DNA of 62,890 nt, filler included. It is 9 parts of 9 records of this genome, joined end to end, with 100 filler letters (N's around TTAATTAATTAA, not from the genome) between each part and the next. Parts side by side here need not be neighbours in the genome. Positions count along the whole stretch, not along the records: positions 32,906 to 39,365 come from SRR15195285_520; positions 39,466 to 51,303 come from SRR15195285_523; 7 more parts are not named here. One strand, written 5' to 3'. The notes under the pieces are model-generated. The model saw only the letters and a list, made by a program, of their open reading frames with translations. It ran no database searches and was not told the origin of the DNA. A program made the position numbers and the translations under genes. This document shows, in pieces, positions 33,160 to 42,900 of this stretch; positions within the stretch are counted from its first letter, which is position 1; the number at the start of each line of letters is the position of its first letter.

Positions 33160-35661
33160 ATGCCCCTGCTGAACGCGCCGGAGCGGCGGGCGCGCTGGCA
33201 CGCCACGCACGGGACGATCGCGGATGCAGGGAGTGCGGCGGTGGAGCTGCTCGCGCGGATTGAGGCGACGAGAAAAATGCACTCGACGGTCATGGGCCAG
33301 TTCTCAGACCTGCGAGCGGACGCCCAGGCGCAGGCAGACGCCGAGTGGGAGCAGCGTTCGGCGGAGCGCAGGGCGGTCATGGCGGAGAACGAGAAGAAGC
33401 GTGAGGAGCTCTGGGCAGCCAAGGCGCAGGAAGACAGGGAGGCCAAGGTTGAGCGTGACAAGTACAGTCTCGAGGTGGCACTGCGGCACAAGCGCGCTAT
33501 GCTCACCATGCAGATCGAGATGATGCGCCGCGACGCCGAGCACCACAAGCACCTGGTCGGTGTGACGGGCAATATTGAAGAGGGGACAGGTGCCGACACT
33601 GGGATCGATGCCGAACGTGCTGAGCAGTGGCTGCAAATCTCCGAGCTGCCCTCGTATCGGCTGGTGCTGCTGGTTTTCGAGACGATAGACACGGACGGCA
33701 GCCGCAGCCTTGACAAGGATGAGATCTACAACTCGCCATTCGGCAAGAAGCTTGAGCCACACATGGAGAGCTTGGATCCAAATGGAGACGGCGATATCGA
33801 TCTGGAGGAGTGGATGGCATGGTTCGATGCACTGGCCGAGACGCTGCGCGGCGACTACGGCATGTTCCTCGTCGATCTCGTATGGCAGTCGGGGATTGAG
33901 ACTAGCCACCTGCTTACAGCCGATGAGGCAGCACGGCTGATCCAGGCGCGATTCCGAGGAAATTCGTGGCGGTTGCAGAAGCAGCAGCTTACTGAAATTG
34001 CTATCATGATTCAGACAGCGTGGCGCGGAAAGGCCGCGCGCAATCGGCGCGATATACTGCTCGATATCCGCGCAGGGTTGCGTATCCAGGCCTGGATCCG
34101 TGCGCGGAAGGCGCGTAGAGAACTGGAAAGGCTCGATCCCCAGATGGCGGTCAAGCTCAAGGACTGCCGCGGGAATGTGGACGCTCCGCCAAAAGCCAAG
34201 AAACTCTTCGAGAAAGCTGGACAGATGCTCCAGGGCGGTGGCGAAATGAGTGCGGAGGACTGGGACAAGATGGTGGATCTATATCTCGAGGCGGCAAAAG
34301 AAGGATTCCCACGAAAGGGCAGATGCTACAATGGTGCAGGGCTGGGGATGTGCAACAGCGGCCGGCTGCAGGAAGGGTACGAGCAGTTCACCAAGGCGAT
34401 TGGCGAAGACATCCACGACGCTCGGTCGTGGCACAACCGCGCCAGGTGTGCATTCGAACTCGGCAACATAAGGCAAGCACACCAGGATGCAATGCGGGCG
34501 AGACGTGAAACTTCACAGTTCCCAGACCACCAGGAACCTGGGTCTACTATTAGCGGCACTTTAAGGCCTCCGTCATCACGCATCACACAGCGAGAACTCC
34601 TAGGAAGTCGCGCTACCGCCGCATCTAGGCGGAGGTCGAGGGGACCGTTGAGGGCCCGAGATAGCGTCTCTTGGGCTTCGGATTCGATCGAGGACCAGAA
34701 CAGGGAGCCCGTGGAGTCACAGGAGACCCGAGACCTATGGGATGCATGTGGTGAGCCAGGAGTCAAAGCAGACCCAAATGCGTGGCTGAAAGCTCGCAAG
34801 CTGCCGAAGGAAACGAAGGCGCAAAGGAAAGCTCGGAAGGAAGGCAACGTGTTGGCGGAGAAGAACCTGCAGCTGGTGAGCAAGCTGCTACAGAATGGTG
34901 CGGACACAAACTTTACACAGCAGGGGCTGACATGCTTGGGAAGAGCAGCAGTAGTTGGTAATGTCGAGGCGGCAAAGATGTTGCTCATTTGGGGAGCAGA
35001 GCTCGAGCGCGCCGCGCACCAACGGCGATACAAAACCTGTGGCTACACGCCGCTGATGCTGGCTGCGCAGCACGGACATGTTGATGTGATGAAATGTCTA
35101 CTTGCTGCTGGCACCTACCTGGAAACTTCGAGCGCAACAACAGTCAAGGGTCGTGAGGAGACGGTGTGGACGGTGGCAGAGCTACACGGAACAGAGGAGG
35201 TCGTGGCTCTACTTTCAGAAGTCGCCGGGCCAGGCAACGGCTGGACCCATGCTCATACTGCTGCTTCCGGCGCTCCGCAGCCTCCGTCTACTGATCGTCC
35301 AGCTGTCACAACTCCGCGCGCTGCTGCTATGGTAGTCAAGGCAACAGAAGCTGGTACAAATGCTGAGAGATTAAACTCCGCGAAAGCCGCGCTGCGAGCC
35401 CGCGCGCTCGCTCGTAAATCTGGGCAACACACCCCAGTAGTAGATGGGGGTAGCTCCAGTATGAGCGACTCTGTGGCACTGGCGGTCGCGATGCGAAACG
35501 ACGCGATGCGAACAATCATGGAAGGCGGCCTATCCGTTGTGTCGTACAAACCGGCGACCCCAGGAGGCACGCCTGGCGAGGCACGCCTGGCGACCCCAGG
35601 AGGCACGCCTGGCGAGATCGTACATTTTCCTGCTATCCCGTCTGCACAGGCAGTCCAGTAA
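33160..35661 (+). CDS. Coiled-coil / EF-hand pair / 3xIQ / TPR / ankyrin-repeat protein (~833 aa)
   Basis: EF loops DTDGSRSLDKDE and DPNGDGDIDLEE. IQ motifs IQARFRG, IQTAWRG, IQAWIRA. TPR-like YNGAGL..FTKAI..WHNRARC. Ankyrin GYTPLMLAAQHGH. Likely start MPLLN at 33160. Confidence 0.85.
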   Translation: MPLLNAPERRARWHATHGTIADAGSAAVELLARIEATRKMHSTVMGQFSDLRADAQAQADAEWEQRSAERRAVMAENEKKREELWAAKAQEDREAKVERDKYSLEVALRHKRAMLTMQIEMMRRDAEHHKHLVGVTGNIEEGTGADTGIDAERAEQWLQISELPSYRLVLLVFETIDTDGSRSLDKDEIYNSPFGKKLEPHMESLDPNGDGDIDLEEWMAWFDALAETLRGDYGMFLVDLVWQSGIETSHLLTADEAARLIQARFRGNSWRLQKQQLTEIAIMIQTAWRGKAARNRRDILLDIRAGLRIQAWIRARKARRELERLDPQMAVKLKDCRGNVDAPPKAKKLFEKAGQMLQGGGEMSAEDWDKMVDLYLEAAKEGFPRKGRCYNGAGLGMCNSGRLQEGYEQFTKAIGEDIHDARSWHNRARCAFELGNIRQAHQDAMRARRETSQFPDHQEPGSTISGTLRPPSSRITQRELLGSRATAASRRRSRGPLRARDSVSWASDSIEDQNREPVESQETRDLWDACGEPGVKADPNAWLKARKLPKETKAQRKARKEGNVLAEKNLQLVSKLLQNGADTNFTQQGLTCLGRAAVVGNVEAAKMLLIWGAELERAAHQRRYKTCGYTPLMLAAQHGHVDVMKCLLAAGTYLETSSATTVKGREETVWTVAELHGTEEVVALLSEVAGPGNGWTHAHTAASGAPQPPSTDRPAVTTPRAAAMVVKATEAGTNAERLNSAKAALRARALARKSGQHTPVVDGGSSSMSDSVALAVAMRNDAMRTIMEGGLSVVSYKPATPGGTPGEARLATPGGTPGEIVHFPAIPSAQAVQ

Positions 35662-35932
35662 CTGCATTAACGTGGGGCAGTGAAGCTGGCTGGCACTGCG
35701 ACAGCTCCATAGACGTCAAGCTTCCACTTGACGGCCGCAAGCAGCATTGTGTCGGATTAGCGTTGTGAGCGCGTCGATTACGGCCGACTACAGAAGGTCG
35801 ACTCTACGTCAACGGGTGCAGAAACAGGTGGCCACGTGCTACTTGAGAACTACTTGACACAAGGTTGAGTTTATTATGAAGCATAACAGCGTGCTAGTAA
35901 TAGTAATTCGGTATTCATATCCTCCTCAACAA

Positions 35933-38791
35933 TCACTTCTTTTTCTTGGCGTTACCCAGTTTTTTCTTGGTGTTTGCCGCTGGCTTCATGGTGTTTGCCG
36001 CTGGCTTCTGTCGGTTGAGGTCCGGTGACAGAAAGTTGGCGATCGCTTCTATTTTTTCAATCATGGCTTTCTGTTGTTGCGCGATATCATCCACCTTCTG
36101 GTCCAGCAGGCTCACCTTGCGCTCGATCAGCACTTGTTCTTCAACCATACGATCCTGTCTAGACTCCACACGGTCAAAGTCGCTGTTGCCATCGCCATTT
36201 TTGGCGGCAGCACGCGTTGCCAGCAGTACACCAGCTGTTTTCACGTTCAACTTGCCGGCGCCGCGGCCTGTGCCCCGACCTCGAGCACCTGGGGCTTTCC
36301 CACGACCCTTTTTAGCCCCATTTTCAGTGTCAACAGCAGTCAATTCCTCGACTTGCTCCACTGCTGTGCTTTGCTTGTACCTACCCCACTCGTACGCATC
36401 GTTTCTGTCATACCAATACAGTTTACAGTACGTGTTCCGGGCCACCTCTTGCCAGTAACGAATGGGCTCGCCGAACTCCCCCACTTCCCAGGTATTATGG
36501 TGATAGCGACGCTTCAATGCCGAAATTACATCTTGACTCGAGAAGTAAAATACTTCGGTGTAGTCGGTGTCACGGCAGCCAGCGTACACAGCGACCTGGT
36601 GCATCTGTCTGCTGATCTCCAAAAATTCACGCTCCGCCGGCATGCCTGGCTCGTTCAGTACCCCGAGCATGCCGAAGACCATATCTTTGCCGAAGACCTT
36701 GTCTTGTGAGTGGGTGTCGATCCGCCGCAGTATCCTTCCGAACGACGATGGTACATCGACGAAGTCCTGACTGTGATACTGTTCCGGCCCGGGTTCCAGT
36801 GCGTGGTCACATATCTCAACCGATCCCGCGCTGACAATGAATAACCTGTCACCGTACTCACCCTTGCGGACAATTCTATCGCACGGAGAGGCACACTCTG
36901 TGCGAAGCCGAGAAGCAAAATTCTCAAGCATCTCATTCGGACAAGGACCGACCTTCGGACGGCCGTGCTTCTGCAAATACCACCACTGTTGGAACTCTTT
37001 CAGTTCGATCTGCACCTCCTTGGTAGTGGCGTCGCCCTGAGAGTCCATTTTTGCTGTGGCTGCGGCCAACTCTTCGTCATTCAGGTTGACGCGAAAGTGC
37101 TCAGCCATCAGCTGTCTCACTTCAGAAGCGCTTATAAACCCACTGTGGTCTGCGTCCACTGTCCTGAACATTGCCGCCACCTTGTCTTCGTCTTCCGTGT
37201 CCTCGCTGCACCGTCCGAACATCCTGACCTCTGACAGCACCGGTCGGAAGACAGCCACTTTGATCTCCTCCTGCAGAGCCTCAGAGAGCTCCCCGAAGTT
37301 CGGGGAGTCGTCAAGGTTGAACTCACGGGAAGACGACGAGGTTGCCTTGAACCGCAGAAACCCGACAACTTTATCGATGAGCTGTCCTTTGGCCTTACTC
37401 TCCATGGAGTTGCTAGAGGGCACGGACCGCTTCATGAACTGGACGATCTCGTCCTTTTTCTGGTTTGTCTCGGTGACCTGGCGGCGTGTCTCCTCGTACA
37501 CACTGGTGATTTCCTGAAGTAGCAGGACGAAGAAACACAGTCCAACGATCTCCGCGAGGAGCGTAAACTTGATCTCCGGGTCGTTTCCAGGCCCGCGATC
37601 ACCGTACCCGATCGTAGTCATCGTGGTCAAAGACCAGTACAGCGCGCTGAGGTACTGCGAGTCTGTTGGCATCAGTGCTTCGTTGTTCTCAGTGTTGAGC
37701 CTGTAGTTTGTTCGCCAACTCGTCGGCATACACGTGTGATTCATGTTCCATGTACCCTCGACCTGCTCGTGCTCGTCGTCGCACGAGAACAGGATGGGAA
37801 TCATGTAAAAGAAGCACGCGAGTACATGTGCTATCACGATCACGTACAGGAAGAACGCACCCGCATCGATGTACACTGAATGCACAGTCATGCGAGACGT
37901 TAGGTTCGACAGCAGCGGTGCTGCACGCGCCAGGCGCAGCACCTTCAACATTCGCGTAAGTGACGCGTAGTCGTTTACCGACCGCTGGTCGCCTGTGCAG
38001 CCGTCTGAGCCACAGAGGCTGAAACGAATGATGAGATCCCATTCAATCGTGGCGAGCAGATCCACTGGGAATCGAGAAGTCAGGTAGTGCCATGCTATTT
38101 TCCCCTTCCGCGTGTCGATCATGTACCCGGTATCATAGCCAGTCCAGAAGTTGAGGATTATGTCGAGGTAAAAGATCCCGTCGACGAGCCATTCTCGCCA
38201 CGTCATGCCGAGGTCGGACGGATCGTTCCGGAGTATCGTCTCTAGCTCGAAGGCCGTTTTATACGGCACAGCAAAGGAAGAGTAAATCACCAGCAAGAGC
38301 ATTCCCGCATCCCAACTCAGCTTGAAGCGCGCGGTCGGATTGAAGGCGTATAGCCAGCACCGCATGATCGGACCGTGTTTTCTCTGTTGCTCCATCGCCT
38401 CGAAAACGCTCGTGGTGGGTTTGAGTCCCGTCCTCTTGACTCTTGTCCCACCCATACTAGTCTCAGCCACCATAGTCACACGCACTGCAGCTCGAAGTTT
38501 GTGTTTGTAGTCGCGGTTCACAGATATCTTCTGCACTGCTGCCGCACCTCCGGCTTGCCGCGCTGCTTCTGGGGCGGTCGGCGCCTGCTGTGTGCCTGCG
38601 TCGGTGCCGTCGGATGGGGCCGGCAGGATTTTCTCCAATTGAGCCTCGAAGTCCTCGTCCTGTGATGCTCGCCCTGCGATGCTCGTGACGCTTCGTGCCG
38701 CTCTCTTCTGATCCACGGCGTCTTTCTGCGCGATCGACGTGGTCGACCGCCGCCGCCCACCAGCACGTACGTGGCCCTGCATCGTCGTCAT
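35933..38791 (-). CDS. CNBD-family (KCNH/HCN/Shaker-like) 6TM K+ channel with an EF-hand pair inserted before a degenerate CNBD
   Basis: S4 RMLKVLRLARA; pore YWSLTTMTTIGYGD; C-linker LSEALQEEI; EF loop DADHSGFISASE; CNBD IVRKGEYGDRLFIVSAGSVEI; C-terminal coiled coil. Probable ATG at 38791. Confidence 0.9.
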   Translation of the reverse strand: MTTMQGHVRAGGRRRSTTSIAQKDAVDQKRAARSVTSIAGRASQDEDFEAQLEKILPAPSDGTDAGTQQAPTAPEAARQAGGAAAVQKISVNRDYKHKLRAAVRVTMVAETSMGGTRVKRTGLKPTTSVFEAMEQQRKHGPIMRCWLYAFNPTARFKLSWDAGMLLLVIYSSFAVPYKTAFELETILRNDPSDLGMTWREWLVDGIFYLDIILNFWTGYDTGYMIDTRKGKIAWHYLTSRFPVDLLATIEWDLIIRFSLCGSDGCTGDQRSVNDYASLTRMLKVLRLARAAPLLSNLTSRMTVHSVYIDAGAFFLYVIVIAHVLACFFYMIPILFSCDDEHEQVEGTWNMNHTCMPTSWRTNYRLNTENNEALMPTDSQYLSALYWSLTTMTTIGYGDRGPGNDPEIKFTLLAEIVGLCFFVLLLQEITSVYEETRRQVTETNQKKDEIVQFMKRSVPSSNSMESKAKGQLIDKVVGFLRFKATSSSSREFNLDDSPNFGELSEALQEEIKVAVFRPVLSEVRMFGRCSEDTEDEDKVAAMFRTVDADHSGFISASEVRQLMAEHFRVNLNDEELAAATAKMDSQGDATTKEVQIELKEFQQWWYLQKHGRPKVGPCPNEMLENFASRLRTECASPCDRIVRKGEYGDRLFIVSAGSVEICDHALEPGPEQYHSQDFVDVPSSFGRILRRIDTHSQDKVFGKDMVFGMLGVLNEPGMPAEREFLEISRQMHQVAVYAGCRDTDYTEVFYFSSQDVISALKRRYHHNTWEVGEFGEPIRYWQEVARNTYCKLYWYDRNDAYEWGRYKQSTAVEQVEELTAVDTENGAKKGRGKAPGARGRGTGRGAGKLNVKTAGVLLATRAAAKNGDGNSDFDRVESRQDRMVEEQVLIERKVSLLDQKVDDIAQQQKAMIEKIEAIANFLSPDLNRQKPAANTMKPAANTKKKLGNAKKKK

Positions 38792-39247
38792 CCAGCAACC
38801 CACTCCAAAACAAACCCTAAACCCCTCACGAGCCAAGAAAACGTCCGCGGGCTCTCCACCGAGGCCCCTCAGCACTACCACTGCCCCTCAACCCCTTCCA
38901 CACGACCAGCTCGGTCCTCCTCACATCCTTCAGCACTCTCCTCCTGACAATGAGCAGCCCGTCCTTGCCCCGTTCCTCACAGGAAGGCACCGAGGCTGGC
39001 GACTGTTCGACCGAGTACGCACACCAACAGCACGACGCTCCCACCGATGGACAGACGTCGTGAAGAGTACAATTTGGTGGGTAGCCGAGGTCACCTGGCA
39101 AGTGCTCAGCAACCGCAAGCACCGCCTCAAGAGGCACAGTCGCTCCCGCCCCGCGCAGCCAGCGACAGCAACGTGGCGCAAACCTGCCTCTGCTACAGGG
39201 ACGATTCTCCAGCTACATCCTCCCACCACACGCTCGCCAAACTCACG

Positions 39248-39365
39248 GTACGTACGTACGTACGTACGCGCACACCCGTCCGTCCTCTCTACCGCGTGGC
39301 GCCCTCAGATGCCGAGGGGCACAGCAGCATGCAGCCCATCTCCATCGCCATCTCCATCTCCATCG
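39248..39365 (+). repeat. (GTAC)5 microsatellite and (CCATCK)n hexamer repeat upstream of the K+ channel gene
   Basis: GTACGTACGTACGTACGTAC at ~39248-39267; CCATCTCCATCGCCATCTCCATCTCCATCG at ~39336-39365. Confidence 0.75.
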
Positions 39366-39465
39366 NNNNNNNNNNNNNNNNNNNNNNNNNNNNNNNNNNN
39401 NNNNNNNNNTTAATTAATTAANNNNNNNNNNNNNNNNNNNNNNNNNNNNNNNNNNNNNNNNNNNN
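39366..39465. other. Artificial contig linker
   Basis: N44-TTAATTAATTAA-N44. Confidence 0.98.
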
Positions 39466-39988
39466 CCACTTCTTTCGAACACGAACTTGACCCCCCGGTG
39501 CGGGTCGGTGCCGAGCTCACGCGCGCATGCATGGCCATCATGCACGCTTCACGCAGCGCAGGCGGGACGGAGCTGGGTGGGGCACGCGTGGGGATGGAGG
39601 GCAGCGGCATACGCTGCACACCCCATAGCAGCACACGAGATTCCCCGGGGTGCAGAGGTCACACACACACGATACGATATAGGTTTAGCTAGCGTATACC
39701 CCAGCAGCGGGGTCGGTTGCTCCCGCCCGGGCTACGGCCAGCAGGGGTCCGCGACCGCGCGGCACGTGGCGGGGCCGCCCAGCCCGCCTCGTGGACGCAC
39801 AGATGGAACAAAGCTGGCACAGACACACGTGAGGCGGCACGGCCCCGAGGTTGGGTTGCGCCGCTTCGTGAGGCACCCAGAGGAAGCCTGTGTGCTGATG
39901 CTGCGACAAGCGCTGCCGAGCTAGGGCTGGGGAGGGTGCGTTGCGCGGGCTGTTTGCGCACGCAGCTCGTACTTCGTAGCTCGCTGCC

Positions 39989-42900
39989 ATGGCCGGCAAA
40001 GAGCGCACGGCAGATGAGGCCATCTTGCAGATTGGCGACGCATTTGCGTTGGAATGCCTGCCGCCGAGGTACAAGCAGGACGGCGGCGGACAGAAGGTGG
40101 GATTTGTAGGTGCACGCCCCTCGAGCCACAGCTGCTTCGTAGATTTCGTGCCGGTGGGGACCGAAGGGCGGATCGAGTGTGGCTCCGGCAGGCCGCCCAA
40201 CCCAGAGCTCAGCCGCTTCACTCTCTGCACACCCAACCAGTACATTGGCTCCAAGACGCTGCGTGCGTTCGAGCAGTATTCCAGCGGGAATTACGCGGAA
40301 GGCGAGCAGCTCAAGCTAGCCGCCGAAAAGGAGGACGCCAGCAATGACGCCGTGATGCGCTCTTCGCTAGGCAAAGCTGCTCTCTTCGGCGGCGTGTTCC
40401 AGCTGCAGGTGCGTGTAATTCTAGCAGCAGTTTTCTGACATCTCCATGTGCTGCGGGCTCACGCATGATCCACATGTCTCGGTGAATCGTAGCATCCTTC
40501 GGGATTCTTCTTAGACCTTAACAAGCAGATGGCGGTCGAGGAGCCCGCTGCGCTACGCTGTGGCCTGGCTTTGCCGCACGAGCGGACGAAGCACACATGG
40601 TTTCGTTTTTTGCCGGGCTTCCGAACGAGGAAGGAGGGCGAGCCCATACGAATGGGTGACACAGTAGTTGTCCAATCTATGAAGAAATCATCGAACTTGA
40701 ACATGCACATTGGCAAGGACGACGAAGGCGAAACCAATGACTTCAAACCCCGAGCCGAACTGAACTTGTGTACTCCTGTGGATGAGATGGATGTGGGCAA
40801 TACATGGCGCAGGCATTTTCGCATTGTGCCAGTGGCAAAATTTAGCACCTCCGAGAAGTCACAGGGCGACGCGATTGTGCGTGGCGGCGACTACGTCGAG
40901 GTGTTCCACCGGCAGTCGCAGGGTTACTTGGCAGTGGATCGCAGACATCACAACAGGCAGTGTCGTTTGTTTCGTCCAATACCGGACAGCAAGGAGGCTG
41001 ATCCGGTGTCAACGATGGCTTCGGAATTGGTGTGGAAGCTGATGACACCTGAAATGGCGTGGAGTGGAGCCAACGTGACGATTGGTGGGCGGGATGACGA
41101 CAAGACGTCGTCGCAAGCTCTGTGCTTGAATGCTGCAAGTCAGTGCGGCGACGACTTGTTCCTTGCGGAGGGCGAGGATGGGTATCTTGAACTCGTACTC
41201 AATGCTGACAACCTGGCTGCGCAGTGGTACCTGCAGCCCTTTGACTCGGTCGATGGAGGCCTCAGGTATGATCTGACCAAGTTCTACTTAGTCAATGCGG
41301 AAACGGGCAACGTTCTGCAACAGGGAAAGGAAGATGCGGAAAAGGATCCCGGGGCGGGTGACGGTCACGCATGGTTTCAGTTGAAGGCCATCTCGGCGAC
41401 AATCGAGCACGAGAGCGATGTGTTTGTCTTGCACCCGCTAAACTCGGCGGGCGAGTCCAGCCCCTGGCTAACAGCCTTTCAGACTGCTGAAGAAGGACTG
41501 GATAGCCTCTGGGAATTTCATAAGGAAATGGAGGACATTTTAGCGATGGACAAGTCAGCAGGCGGGCAGGCAAAAGGAACCACCACTCCTGCGTCGCCAA
41601 AATCCGGTAAGGGCGCAAGCAAAAGGCGCCGACAGAAGAAGGGCAACAAACACATGCTCCGGCAGCTGGAAGATGGGCTGAAAACACTTCCTCACCGAAA
41701 CCTGCATCTAGGGTTTGCACTCGACAGAGATCATCTTCCTCCTTCCTCCTTAAAAGTACGCAGACTACTCGCTGCCGCTTGCTGTCTCTTCCCTACATGC
41801 GTAGCAGAGCTACTTTGTCCAATGCTCTTGAGCTCTGTCCAGTGTGCTCTTGTTTGCGTGCTGCATGAGTAATTCGCCTTTTGGGCTCGGGCTTGACAGG
41901 ACACACGAACGAAGGAAGAGAGGATCGTGGACTTGCTGTCCGACTATGTCAGTCCACCAACACACCACTGGGACGACTGGGCTGGTCCAGTTCCAAACGA
42001 TCTGCGCATTTTTATCGGCAATGTGACGACTGGTGCGGGCGACAATCCTTTGTTGTGGGATGGTGTTGTGCGTGTGCAGCAGCAGCAGCTTCTGGCCGGT
42101 CTAGGGATGATCCACTTCCTCGTGCACATGCTGCAGTCTTTGTTCTGCTTGTTCCCACCAGAAAAAGTCACCGATCAAGAATATCCTCACCTTTTGCTCG
42201 TGGTGAAAGGAACATTCCATTTGCTGAAGTGCTTGGTGAAGGGATCACTCACTCGAAACAGTATCCAACTGTACTCACACCACATCTGGCTTACCGAGAT
42301 GGTGCAATACACTCAGTTTAAGGTTGTGCACTGCATCACGGAGATGTTCAAGGATACGCCTGCTCTATTGCATAGTGCCGAACTGGTGATATTTATTGAC
42401 ACGTTCTGGGCACGAGCTGTTGACACGAGGCATTCGCGCTTCTTGGACTTTCTACGAGGTATTTGCGTAGATGAGATGAACAGGCCGCTGGACTCAAACC
42501 AAGAAGAAGTCGTGAGTGCCATTGTCAACAACCTTCCGGACGATCTCTTCGAACAGAAGCCACGTGAAATGGCGATCGCAGTTCGCGCGGACGCGGCCGG
42601 CGGAAGTGGAGATGCGCAAGGATACAGATTCAGCTTAGCTCTGGTGGAGCTAGCGGCTGCAGTATGTGATGGTAGAATGCAAACTGGACTACGGCTATTC
42701 CTGCGTGATGCGCCGATGTTTGGCTTCACTTACAGCAATATCTTATCAAAGATTAACGATGAAGTTGCGACGATAGCCGGTTACGCACCTAGCAGCAGTC
42801 ACGATGTGCGTCGAGTATACCTCAAGGCTATGTGGGCTATGTACGTGGACAGACAATATTCTGCAATGGAGAAGCAAACGCGGCAGCCGACAAGGATTTG

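Noticed and set aside
35552-35615. Direct repeat GGCGACCCCAGGAGGCACGCCTGGCGAG x2
   Set aside because: In-frame coding duplication (ATPGGTPGE) in a disordered tail; not an array or element
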